Shown: piece by piece, positions 13,571 to 25,987 of the stretch
Numbering within the stretch: position 1 is the first letter of the stretch
Layout: each line of letters begins with the position of its first letter
NCBI GenBank assembly: GCA_009103225.1
Contig: RHPI01003330.1
Span: 355,408 to 419,407 of the forward strand
Direction of reading: 5' to 3'
DNA: 64,000 nt
Origin: Chlorokybus atmophyticus
Taxonomy: Eukaryota > Plantae > Mesostigma and Chlorokybus algae
Notes under the pieces: generated by a model
Databases searched by the model: none
Told to the model about the DNA's origin: nothing
Seen by the model: only the letters and a program-made list of their open reading frames with translations
Program-made: the position numbers and the translations under genes

Positions 13571-14394
13571 GGCAGCTCAGCAAGCACCAGCATCACTCGT
13601 CGCTCCAAGAACGCACAAGAAAGCTCCAAACTCAAGCTCTCAGCCACGCCCTGTACTGCCCGACTTCCGGGACAAAGACACTGCCGCCACCGGCGCCTCC
13701 GCCACCAACTCCACGGCCCTCACCCTGGCTTCACATCAGGGTTTTACGTGCGTGCAGTGCACGCACGCGATTTGACGTTCTGCTGAGTCAACATTCCAAG
13801 CAAATAGAGTGCATTGCCAAGTCCGTAGTGCCGCGGCTCGGTACGTACGCTGAGTGGGCAACGCTGCTGCATGTCGGCTGCACCTGTGTGACTTGCTGGC
13901 GGGCAGAGCGGCGGCGGGGGCGGCCGTGGCGTCGGGGGTCTTCACAAGGTGCGGGATAGTAGCCAGGTGTTCCTGACGCTTGGGAGTGGGTGGTAAGTCA
14001 AGCTGCACCCTCCGGCTGTTGGTCACACATTTCCATTTGCGGTTTCTGGCTGCGTTGGTCGGTTCTTGCTGGTGGTCATCAGCAGGTATGTGGCTCAACG
14101 GGTCCCTCCCCAAGCTGTTTGCAAGCATCTTCTGTCGCTCAGTCCACAAAGCACGTGTGCTGGAGCCTGTGATAGCACCTCGTTGTGCTGGAGGCTGTCA
14201 AGGTCTGAGCTGCTGTATATGGGGGTCAGTAGTCTGCTGGTCACGAGCAAGCAAGGAGACTTGTGCTTGTTTAGATTCCTCCAAAAGCACTGGAACGCAC
14301 TGGTCTAAGAGCGTGCATGCTGCAGGCTGACGCGACGGTTGCACAGCTGGGTTGACGGTTTGAACCTGGCGGACATGCCTTTGCGTCCGCCAAC
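13571..14394. promoter_or_regulatory. Shared divergent promoter/5' leaders of REV1 and NBS1, with a telo-box-like AGGGTTTT (13738-13745) and candidate uORFs
   Basis: About 820 bp separate the two inferred start codons; the region is GC-rich with (GGC)n runs. The regulatory role is inferred. Confidence 0.55.
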
Positions 14395-17300
14395 ATGTGG
14401 CAGTTGTCGGAATTGAATGCTACAGGGAAAGGTCGGTTGATTTTGTCGCTGTGCATGCCACAGCTACGCAGTCTGCACTGGATGGCTTCAGGTCACGTGC
14501 ACGCATATGCTTGGGCTTGCTTGATGGGTTGCTTGCATTGATGTTGTCTTTCTCGCGCAGTCGTCAATTCCTGGACGTTGTACGCTGGCCAGTCCGCTGT
14601 CATTGGCAGAAAAGGTAAGCGCAGCTTGCTGCCACATAATGGAATGGGGTTGAAGCATGCTTAGATCGCGTGCTTTGCATGCTTTGCAAAGACGAGGACT
14701 GCCTGAGCGCCGCACTGGTTTGTAATGTCGTTGGATGTGAAAAGCTCCACGTGCACAGCATCCACTACAGCAGCAGTAGCATGCACGATTGTAACACCAC
14801 GTGTTGATACCTGGCATGTGCTGTTAGCAATGCAGTCTCCTTATGTTGTTTCCATGCGGTCACGCTGGTGGTCCTAAGTGCATTGCATCTGGAGTATTCA
14901 GTTTCGTTGTGTCTCTGACTATGCATACGGCATGGCAAGTGGCCTGCCATGGTGCTAATCACCATCTGAACGGTTGGCTGTACTATGTGTGCTATGAGTT
15001 CTGCAGACGCTGCTATCGACATATCACATCTGGACAAGTCTATATCTAGGAGGCATGCACAGCTGTCAGTCGCGCATCCTCAACCAGCACAAGTGTACAA
15101 TCCGGAAGCAGTTGCCGCTTGCAAAATAAAGGATTTGTCAAAATTTGGCACCAATGTTTATCGGGATCCGGATAGAACTCTGCTGTCACAGCCTGGAGGA
15201 GAAACAGAACTCCAAGATGGCGACATTATTGTATTCGGGGCCTCTGCAACAGAATTTCGGTCAGTCACTGCGTTGTTGTCTGTAGTAAGTGTACAAGCTC
15301 TCACCATTTGCATGCAGTGGCATGTTGCGTTAACATTATGTGTGCAGGGTTCAATACCTACCTTTGGTCGCATGTGCGAGGTTGTTGGATGCTGTGACAC
15401 AGGACCGCGTTACGCGCAAAGCAGCTGAAATAGGTTTGGTCTATACCACTACATGCACGGCTGGTTGTCGCGTCTCAAGTGCCCTTGGCTGATCAAGGCA
15501 GTTCTCTTGCAGGCGGGCACATACTACGCGCATGGGGTCCAGTTTGTACCCATATCATTGCGGATTCATCATTGACAACTGTGCCTGCCTCAATGGACGC
15601 CATACGTGCAGTAGCTTCTGACACACCTTTCATCACCAGCAGATTTCTGGATGTACGCCTTGCATCAGTCTCTGCTCTTTTTGAAATGACATGTCATCAT
15701 ACCAATGTTGATGCAGGCCATTACAAGCCGGCCATCTTTCAGCTTGCCACCACCAGATCCTTCCCGGTAACTTTGCACGCCTTTGTCTTGGCGGATTGCA
15801 TGTTCTGGACCAATAAATGGAGCCCTGCTGCAGGTTTGCACCACCGTTGAGGTTCCTCATTGGCCCAGATAATGAAGTGGTGGAGATGGATCATACAAAA
15901 GAGCGAAGGAAATTGTTTCAAGGCCTGACGTTTCTGTTTGGCACTGCACATCTGGTAAGCAGTGGCGTTGGACAGCCCACTTCTCAGTACTAAATTGCTT
16001 CTTGCCTAGACAGTAAGCGCACGACTGTAACAGCTGGGTGCAGACTTGTGTAATCAAGCAGCTTGTGTTTGCAGTACCCTGAAAACTTGACGGATGCCGT
16101 GATACGCGCTGGTGGGCAAGTGGATTCCCTTGCTGAGCGGCGAAAGGTGCGATCATGTCTGTTAGAGTCCCATCAATAGCCTTGCACACGAGATACTGTA
16201 AGCAATCCGAGTATCTCTCTTCTGTGCTACAGGGCTTTGTGGAGACTCAGACTTCTCTGCGCAAGTTGGTTTTTGTTGACTCTGGTGAGGACGACCGCAT
16301 GCTTACCACCCCTGCTGCTGCCTTTGCGCGACAAATACGCTGGACAAATTATGTCAGGATTGGGCGAACAATACTGACAGCCAACATTGCCTTCCTAGAG
16401 ATGCCCCAGCGTAAGCCCTGCAGCTGGCATCATATTATCCCGTATCAATGTCATGCGACTTGGTGGTTGTGCTGACACGTGTTTGGTTCCTTCTCATCTC
16501 ATGAACCATGTGGCAGGTGCTATTGCTGGCCAGGCAGGGCATCAAGTTCAAACTTTGGCACAAAGTCCAACCAAACCAAGAAGGTCCAGGATTGATTCCG
16601 ATAGTGATGACGATACTCAAGAAGAAGCCGATGTTTCCCCAAGGCTTTCCCCTGCAAATTTCCTGCTACCAACTGGCAGTGTGCGTTCTCAGGTGTAACT
16701 GCCTGCCATGGTCCTGAGAACAGTCAGGGTATTGCGACTAGCTCATGGATGAGCAAAGCAGCTGCTGGGTTTTATCAATACCTGGCCACTCAACGCAATG
16801 ACTTGTTGTGTGCAGGAGCTAGGACAGACTGTGCAGAAACTCGGCCCCCTTATGTTTTCAACTACTGATGGGCAAGTTGTGAGCAGAAAGAGGTCTGTCA
16901 CTTGTTTCCCATGGCAGGTCGTTATGGCAGTCATTGCTGTCAAGTTTGTTAAGTACTAACATGCGCAGGCCATCTGAAGACATGGGTGCAGCCACTCCGT
17001 CATCTCTAGTTACCCCGATAATTGTCTCAGACTTGCGGGACAGTGAGTTGCCATCTGGTGAACATTTTGCCTGCGATGGAGAGGCTGAGCTGCTGGTGTT
17101 ACGCCCGCTCGGTGGCACCCCGCTGAGCGGATGCAGCCCGACCAGTGCAGTTGCTCCATCACGGTTTTCGGACGCGCGGGAGACAAAAATACCAAGGATA
17201 GAGGAACCTGAGCGTGATGTCGTCATTGAACCTTTGGTGGTGCGCCAAGCAGATGATGATGTCCCAATCACATCTCAGGGCACTGGTGGCACAAACTTCA

Positions 17301-18111
17301 AGGTTTTCAGAAAGGTACATGCCACAGTAGCAGTTGCTTGCACTGAGTTGCCCGTTGCTGCACGTACAGATGTCTGTTGCATAACATTGCATTGACAACA
17401 AATAAGCATGCATGGTCATTGGATGTTGTTTGGGATGCGTGCCAGTGCGCTACTACTGACATGACTTGCTCTGTTGGTGCTTCTGGCTAGAAGACATGAG
17501 TTCTATGGTTTGACAGCGCAATTTGTCCAGGTTCAGCATCTGGCGGGCAACAGTGTGTCGTCGCTGGTGCCGTTCGCCAATGAGAATTACAGGTTAGTCA
17601 GCGTGCACTTTTTGATGAGTATATGCAGGGCACATACGCCGATGTGTTACCAAACTGCGCCTGACCTGTTGAGAATGATTGCACTTGCATATGGTATCTT
17701 GGGACGGTCCCAGTTGTGATTTGGGAGTGCTAGACGACAGTAGGGTGCCTTATCTTGTTGAGGAAACATCAACGGATGTTGCACACTCCCTGTCAACCTG
17801 AGGTCTTCTCATCTGTCAACCGCTCTGGTGTGCAGAGACTCAACGCTGGAGGGTGAGTACGCGCAGCGTGCTCAGGAAGTTCGACAGGAGCGGTCCGACC
17901 AAGCAGCAGCAGATGCGCTGTTTCAAGCAGAGAAGGTTGTACACTTGCAATGGAGCATGCATGTTTGCAAGTGTACGCTGGGAAAGTGCGTCAAGTCTGT
18001 GCTGTCAATGTCCTTATGCTTGTGGTACTCCGTTTTGTTATGCAGTTGAAGCGTACCAAAGTGACCGCCGCAGAGGCAGCTGCAAAGGCAGATCAGCACC
18101 GGAAGCATTAG
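14395..18111 (+). CDS. NBS1: Nibrin/NBS1 (MRN complex): FHA, tandem BRCT, Mre11-binding and C-terminal ATM-interaction-like motifs
   Basis: Spliced start MWQLSELNATGK/VVNSWTLYAGQSAVIGRK/DAAIDISHLDKSISRRHA...KDLSKFGT...GDIIVFG (FHA); BRCT (WGPVCTHII, LFQGLTFLF); NFKVFRK Mre11-binding motif; ADALF near the C-terminus. The last exon is tentative. Confidence 0.93.
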
Positions 18112-20227
18112 GTGGACGGAAGAAATAGGGTTTTGCCGGTGCATGTGGTTTGGGTTTTGCGGGGCTAGAGGGTTGACCTTGGCTTGCAGTTGACCACGAG
18201 TTTGTTGACCATGGCATGAGCATATTGCCAGTGGACCAAGCCGCTTGGCTTGCAAGTCTGGGTAGTTAGCGGTTGACAGCCTGAAAACACGCGCAGGTCA
18301 ACTGGTCGCCACGCAGAACATTGCATGTCAGTAGTAGCAGCTTTGTGAATATGAAGGGCACTCTTGTCACATATCACCACAGATACTGTCATCATTGTTG
18401 GCTAGGTTGTTCAAATAGCTCGCCTCAGGCGGATTGGATTTGTGCAGAGATACACATTAGCAATTTCATGGGAGTAAGGGAGAGACAGCGAGAAAATTAT
18501 TTGTTAGGGTAGACAGGGCACACAACTACTGCGCGCATATCCTGTACATACTCTCCTTCTATTACCATTCACATGCAGATTTTGGCTGTCAGTAATGAGA
18601 GAGGTGTCAGTGCTGCCACCATGCCTAAGCACACAAGAGGTTGGTGAGTAGAGTAGAAGTAGTGTTGGTAGCATAATCCGGTGGTGGATTATGCAAGATG
18701 TGATGTTGTGTGTCCTTGTGATGACACTAGGCATGCAGCATAAAAACCTTTGTACACATGCCATAATGTTGTATGGCATTTCTTTATACATCACATACTT
18801 GCATCCGTTTTTGCTGGGCACATGGAAGTTGCATGCGGCCCTCTCTCCTCGCACAAATGCACACATGTGTGATGGAGTACTCCGTGCACACAATGTGCAC
18901 TTATAATTTGCATTTCATGCGCACATTGCTAGCTATAATGAATGGGGTAGGCATGCATAGACCTTGAATGACTACCGGGGGAGCTAGTTAGGAGGAAGGG
19001 CATGATGTTCATCTTTGCATATATTTCAAATATACTTAGGCACAAGCGTAGTTTGTTAGCAACTTAGCATAGTATAGTACAAGCGAACATGGATTAGCAT
19101 CAATAAATGAATATATCAATCTAATTGGATACATCAATGTAAACAAGTTCACATGTTCATGTTGCACAATGGGTGGCAAAGCAAGGGCTGTGTAGCTGAG
19201 GGTTTCGTGTTAGCTATAAAAGGCGAGTTACTGTTGGGTGGCAACCACATTGTGCAGCTGTGTGCTGCGCCTCACATCAGCAAACAACAGAGTATCGCAG
19301 TATAGCATTATAGCAGAGCAAAGAATTAGCAAAGTTCACTGCCAATGCAGCTTCTTACCTACACAAGTGCCATTTTGAGCAAGTTGCCATGGTTATCAAA
19401 GGCTCAGCAGCTAATCCCAGAGGGAACATGTAACGTTAGGATTTTGCACACAACACAACTGCCTTGTAGAGTAGCATCCAATGCAAGCGGATATGATAAC
19501 TATATTGATTGACGCGGTCTTTTGGCTTATCGACTCGCATATGGCTTTTGCTTACTCTCGCAAGGCCTTAAAGTATGCCCACTGCATGCACATCATTTTT
19601 GTACGAGATGACATTATAACTTTGCACATATACACAAGTTGAAATTAAATTAATCACACGGTCTTGTACAGGTAACTCACTCGTAGGTTACGCATACACG
19701 ATAATTTAGATATCATATAAACTTATAATCATAAGAAGGTGAATTCCGCATTAGGAAAATGCACGGATACTGTAATTTAAGTCTAGGGTGTTGTCATGTA
19801 CAAACAATAAACCGCGTGTTAGCTAAAACAGTAAATGTAGAATAGGGTTTTGTCTTGCAGCATTACAATCCTTTCCTTTATGGTTTTCGAAAGGCGTACA
19901 TTTAGCGTCATGTTTGCCAGTTATTTATAGTTATCACCATAACTCGCATTGAATGTTCATGTAGGCGATGAATAACATGAATTGTGCATATTACATAGTC
20001 ACGATGTATATTGTAGCGCAAGGTTGTCGTGCACGGCCTGTGCGCCGCCCGCACCACCGGCTGCGGCGGCTATCTATGGCTGAGAGGGCGACCGTTGGTT
20101 GCATGCATTATTATGTGAAGGCCGAGAATGGCTTTTACAGTGTTTGGCAAAGTAGCATAATGCACAAAGTTGACTCCCAAATACGCCAGCAGAAAGAGCT
20201 ATCATAAGAGGGAGGGGGCGTAAATGC

Positions 20228-20346
<119 letters not shown>

Positions 20347-22179
20347 GCCTCTTTTTTGAAGGGATTACAAGCCCCTACCAGAAACGCCCCGCTATTACAA
20401 GTAATAACGAAGCATCTGTATCAGAGTAAATACCATAACCGTTATTATAACCATCGTACTTGTGGAATGCTTTGATAAAATATATAACAACATACGCACA
20501 ACTATTGATAAAAGTGACTTGCACTTCATCGTAATGTATAACAACTATTGTGCTACCAGCAATATATGTACTTAGCACATGTATAAAGATGACAACACAC
20601 GTATGCAGCACACCATGCATCCATGTACACATAGGGGACAACATCAGCACAAGTGACAGCATAAACATTCAAATCAAGGTAGGTTACGCGATGTAACATA
20701 TATGTGGCAAGGCTGCATAAATGCTATATCTTCTTAAACTGTGGTAGCGACTTTTGCTGCCGTGGCCCAATGTTTAAGCCGCCAATAACCATTGTGAGCA
20801 CCAAAACAATCTGCATTGGCGAAAAGCTTACGGGCATTATACCTAACTTGAAGTTGCCGCTGTCGCTTTCCGGCTCTATGATTGTCGACGCTCGCTATCA
20901 GGCGCAAGCCGCCTACGCCTTGCTACCGGCATAGCCACATGAATCCCTTGCGAGTTGCTGCACCGCCCCTGGTACTGCCATTATGTTTCACACGCGGAGA
21001 CGCAGCGCGTGCTGAGAAAGTCCTCATTTGGTGTGTCACGTGACTCAATCATCAACGGTTAAAAGGTATCCTCCGATGGATGGTTGCTATACTCCCGTAC
21101 TCACATTGTTCAGCTACCTTGCGCCACCCACACACCCATGCCATGTCTTTTTATGATGAGATGGCACATTGCACATCACACGTTCCTTCAATGCTTATGT
21201 TTGCACGCTGATCTCTTGCACAACGATAATATCACTGATGACAGCATCTTGCCGTCCAGTCACTATTGGATGTTGTCCAACAAAGCTGAGCAAAACTTAC
21301 TTGGATTGCAATAATGGAAGCTGTCATGCCTATCGCCCGAACATGCCAGTCGTCATCGGGCATGCCTACAGCGAGACCCTCACCCGGCTTACCAGCATGG
21401 CAACCCGCGCGCGTCACTGACCAGTAGCTAGGTCAGGTCTCTAGAGTAGCTCATGACCATAGCCTACATAGGCACCGCGCGTAGCTGGTCAGTTGTGAGT
21501 TCAGTTATAAGTTGGGTTCTATATCGACTGGGGATTTCCTGTGGAACTAGCCTCGATATGACCGTTACCTTATGTTCTGGACAGTCATGAGTTGACTTGT
21601 ATAAGTAGGCACAGTGTTCACCGGATCAGCTGGTGACACTGTAAGTGAGAAAGCTAAGAGCTTGTGAAGCGACTTGAACTACGAAACACGCCGTCCCGTT
21701 TCCTCAGAATCCCCTCACCGTGTGAGAGCCTGTGCATGTTCTTCAAGACACAAGTTGTGCACTGTGTTTGTCCTTGTTGTGAGCTTGGTGTACTTGGTCG
21801 CGGGGTGCTTGTGGGCATCGGTCAGGGCATAGCATCCACGTGTTGCTTGCTCATTCACCTCACTTAACAGTGTTATGTCTCTTCCACTCATGCAAAGAAC
21901 TGTGTAAACAGCGCTACCTATAGTAGTGGCTTGTTGACTTTGTGTGCTACAGCACAGCATGTACACTAGGGAGAACACCGACTCCACCTGCCCGTACTAC
22001 CCAGCAGCAGCAGAAAAAGCTGCACACAGCACTTGTCACCATGAGGGTTGGGGTCATCTTTTGTTTTTGCTGCGCGTTACAGGTGGCGCAGCAGCATGTC
22101 CAGCAAGCATGGCTGTCTATGCAGCTGTCCGAGACAGCGTGACCCTCGACTCCCCTCGACCCGACAAAGCGCTAATGTA

Positions 22180-23815
22180 AAGCCAACTGCGTAAAAATGT
22201 TACCCCTGATGGCCGACTAAATATATAGGACGGCCGTGGGTCTGAGATACTCAGTCAGACTGTCGTTGTTTAGGCTGCCGGCGATCTCGATACAGGGGCC
22301 TGAGCATAATGACCGTTGCTATCAGTCGACGACCGTCTGCATAAAGGGACTAACTCTGACTGACAGGTTTCTGTAAGGATACCCATCAGTTAAGCAAAAG
22401 GGACTTAACCTAACTGACAAGTAACTAAGCGGTACTTAATAATTAGGTACCGGCGATTGTGCACTAATTGATTATAACTGACAGGTACCTCATGGTACCT
22501 GCTGTTACTGAAGGGTTACCTGAAGGGTTACTTTTGAAGGTACCTGTTGGGTACCTTTCAGTTATGATGAGATACCTCACATGAATGTCGTCAACAATGA
22601 TGAAATAATTATAAAAATATAATTTATATAGACTATATATTATTATATGATATATATTATAAAATATTTCATAATATATAATACATGTGTTGCAAGCCAT
22701 ACTGGTACTATGCTACAACATGAACTACTGTGAGCGGCTACTACTGCTGCTGCTACTACTACTACTACAACCCTAATCTAAGGCCTTATACTAAGCCGCC
22801 GCTCCTGCGCTCCACCTCCGCCGCCGCTCCTTGTTCACCGCCGCTCCTGCAAGCACAAGTCAATCACCAGCGCCATCAACAGCAACATACACACTAATGC
22901 TCACAGTGTAACAAGTTACATACACATGCTGTTGCTTGCCATATACTGCCGCCGCCGCCTGGCCTGGCCTAGCCTAGCCTGGCCTGGCCTGGCCTAGCCT
23001 AGCCTGGCCTGGCCAGGCAGCCCTGAGATCAGAAGGGCGGTTAGGCTGCATGCGCTCTTGCGCATAACACAACGTAACAGCACCAAGCAAACTTGCCGCC
23101 CCTGCCGCCGCCATCACCGCCGCCGCCGCCGCTGCACAACTCAACTGTTCAACTTGCTTAAAGCCGTTGAGCGTTTGAACCTTGCGCAACCTAAGTGATT
23201 CAAACGCGTTATCACAATGGCACCATCGTACCATAAAATGGTACGATGATGCTATTGTAATAATGGGATTTTCGTACCATTTGTATGGTACGATAGTTGC
23301 ATGTACCATCGTTCCGCATTGCTCGCCGGCAATAAAGAACAGGCGGTCATTTAATTGTCATAGTCGGTAGGTCGTCGCCGCATTAACAGACGACCGGTGG
23401 TCTGCCGTCACTTGTCGACAAGCGGGCAGGTCACGGAGTAGGGACTAACAATGACCGCTTGCCATAGTAGGCAAGCCGCCGCGCATACGGTAAGATAGTA
23501 ATGGTACAACCGGAGGCCGACCGTCGCAAAAATTGACCGAAAGGTGACTGTTTGCTATGCTAGATAGGTCGCTATCGAGCAAAATAAACGACAGGCGATC
23601 GGCCGTCACTTGAAGATGCGGTGCCGTCACGTTCTAATCATCGCATGCAGGTTTCAATCGCGTGTAGCTATCCGCCGACCGCTGGCCGTCAATAAATGTT
23701 GTTGAGTAGCACCGGCCGTCATAAAAGTCCCTTCATGGATTCATCCGTTAGGTCAGGCAGAGTCAGGTACCCGTCAGCCCCTCAGTCCCTTGGACAATCA
23801 CCGTGTAAAATTTGC
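22180..23815. mobile_element. Putative non-autonomous DNA-transposon-like segment with motif-rich arms and a low-complexity core
   Basis: Left arm has AAGGGACT...CTGACA repeats and five GGTACC sites (22446-22556). Right arm has five GCCGTCA copies and inverted AGTCCCTT motifs. The core has an AT-only block, (CTA/CTG)n, (GCCTR)11 and hairpins. No transposase; termini and TSD not resolved. Confidence 0.45.
22957..23014. repeat. Pentamer tandem array (GCCTG/GCCTA) x11
   Basis: Units in variant order G,G,A,A,G,G,G,A,A,G,G. Confidence 0.95.
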
Positions 23816-24049
23816 GACGACCTCATCTTGCGTTTTGTGATCTAAATACGCATACGAAGGTGGTTGTAGCGTTGACCATGACGGTGCCCGTGGCTGCTTG
23901 CATGGCAGTTATTGTAGGTGCAGCAAGGACATGTGCCGTTTGCAGCGGAGGGCACGGATGCTGCTGTTGCAGCGATTGCCGCTGTCGCTGTTGTTTCCGC
24001 AGGGGCAGCAAGGTCAGTGGCGGCTGCTTCAGCCCAAGACGCAGGGTCT

Positions 24050-24775
24050 CCTCGGGCACGTCATGTTTGGACTCGAGTGGGTGAAGCTCACTCCTTGCGC
24101 TTAGCTCCCATCCCAACCCAACATGCTATTGCTCGTGCTACGTATGTAGCACGAGCGATACTCATCATTCCTGCCCTGCAGCATCGCGTGAAGCCCATCC
24201 GTGCTGTGAGAGCAGCAACCATTTCCGTGTTTTCTGCAGCAGGGGCCTTTTGTGCGGCATTGCCTGCCTTCGGTCCACCTTGGTGCTCCTGCTTATATTT
24301 CGGAGGGTTGTTCTTCCCGCGGTAGCCGTTGTTGGCTCCTTGCCCTTGTTGTCGTGGTTGGTGTTGTTGTTGTTGTACCCGCTGTTGCCGTCGTAGCTGC
24401 TTCAGAGTCTCAAGTTAGGGTGCTTGGCGTAGCGGACTGCCTTTAAGTGTCATAGTTTGTGCCAATGGTCGCACACCAAGTTGCTGTACTCCTCTGTGCA
24501 GTCCTTCTGGTAATGGCCGTGTCGACCACACCAATGACAAACGACATGAGAAGGAAGTGCTGACTTCGAAGGAGGTCTAAGCGTGCTTGGACAACGTACT
24601 TGCGGTCGCGGTGGCTGGATTCAGGAGTGGAGGCAAAGGTACGTGTGGTGGCAGAGTTCATGTTCAGCACTGCCCTCATCCACACTTGTAGGTTGTAGAA
24701 TGCGGAGGATGTCTCAAAGGAAATGTGCGACAGCACGTATCCTTGGGGTCGGTTATTATTATTCAGTGCCATGTC
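24050..24775 (-). pseudogene. Interrupted reading frame, possibly a decayed retrotransposon gag-like remnant
   Basis: MALNNNNRPQGYVLSH...HFLLMSFVIGV..., then after frame breaks LRQLRRQQRVQQQQHQPRQQGQGANNGYRGKNNPPKYKQ...TRCCRAG. The Q/N/G-rich basic linker resembles gag; no intact CCHC knuckle and no RT. Confidence 0.3.
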
Positions 24776-25987
24776 CGGACATGGCCGCATAGTGGATGCA
24801 CAGCGCGGTTTTGTGGAGGCTCCAGGTGACTTACAAACAATGTAAGTACGACGTGGTGATCAGTCTATTCATAACTCTTATGCGTTTGTGCACTTTCAAG
24901 GCCGATTTTAAGCATGCATTAGTTGAGTTGCTAGTGGATATGCTCTAGGAGGGGTACTCACAGCGCCGTTTGCTCATACAGCTGCGTTCCAAGATGTTTG
25001 CCATGCGGGGTGTGTTGTACGGTTGGTCACCAACACACATGTATCATGACATTGTGACATTGTGAGGCAACTGCACAGTCAATTACATGGAGCGCAGTAC
25101 TTGTGCCCGTTACACGGTGTCTACATTAACACCACCAATGATAATCACTTATGTCACTGAGGACAATTTTTACAACTAATATGACTAACGCATGTACAAA
25201 GAATGCGGGGCGTGCTTGTGTGCCCTAACGTCCTTTCGCAGTCATGCTTAATGTGTAGGCGTTTTGCTTGAACTTTAAGACTGTGGCGGCTGCACTAAAC
25301 AGTCGCCGGCATGACAATCGCCTCACTGTGGCATTGCTTGCTCAGGTGCGGACTCACAGTGTGGTGGTGGGCTGCGCGCGGCAAGCTCGCCGGACCATGG
25401 TGACGTTGTTTATAGATTGAGATGCTTAGGGGTTTGGGCCAACCCATGTGGCGGTCTTGTTTGTTTACTTACTATACTTGCTTGATTGCCAACTTGCAAG
25501 CACGCAAGGTATGTTCGCGCCTGCAGTATGATGTTATACCTCCATAGGGAGGGCTATTTCACCTACCCTGGACTTCTTCATTCGCAATTCTTATTCCTCG
25601 CGCTTGGCTTGCCTCAATCTCAATTTCTTGATGTGATGACTTGTCAACCGGGCTCCTTGTACGCATGCTATGCTCTTGCTTGCGCTACATGCCACACATC
25701 GCAGTTCCCTCAAAGCATGCGCTGGGTAGATGGCTGGTAGTGGGTTGTATGTTTCACCTCGTGCGGCTGCACAGTGGTGCGGCCACAGATATAATAGGCG
25801 CGGTGCTTGTTTGTGAAGGAACTCTCTTGTATGCCAATTGAATCCGTACCAATAACCACTGGCATGATGGAGCCCTCTTGGGATCCCGGCACTCACTACA
25901 GCTCACCTAATGCTGGAAACGCCGTCATTCATTTCTGCCCCACACGATGTTAATGCACCTTAGCTGGTCCGCTTTGATTGTCACGTG

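Noticed and set aside
13736-14149. 137-aa ORF with a vaguely homeodomain/Myb-like look
   Set aside because: It lacks the conserved W-F-x-N-x-R or spaced-Trp pattern and is antisense to the NBS1 leader.
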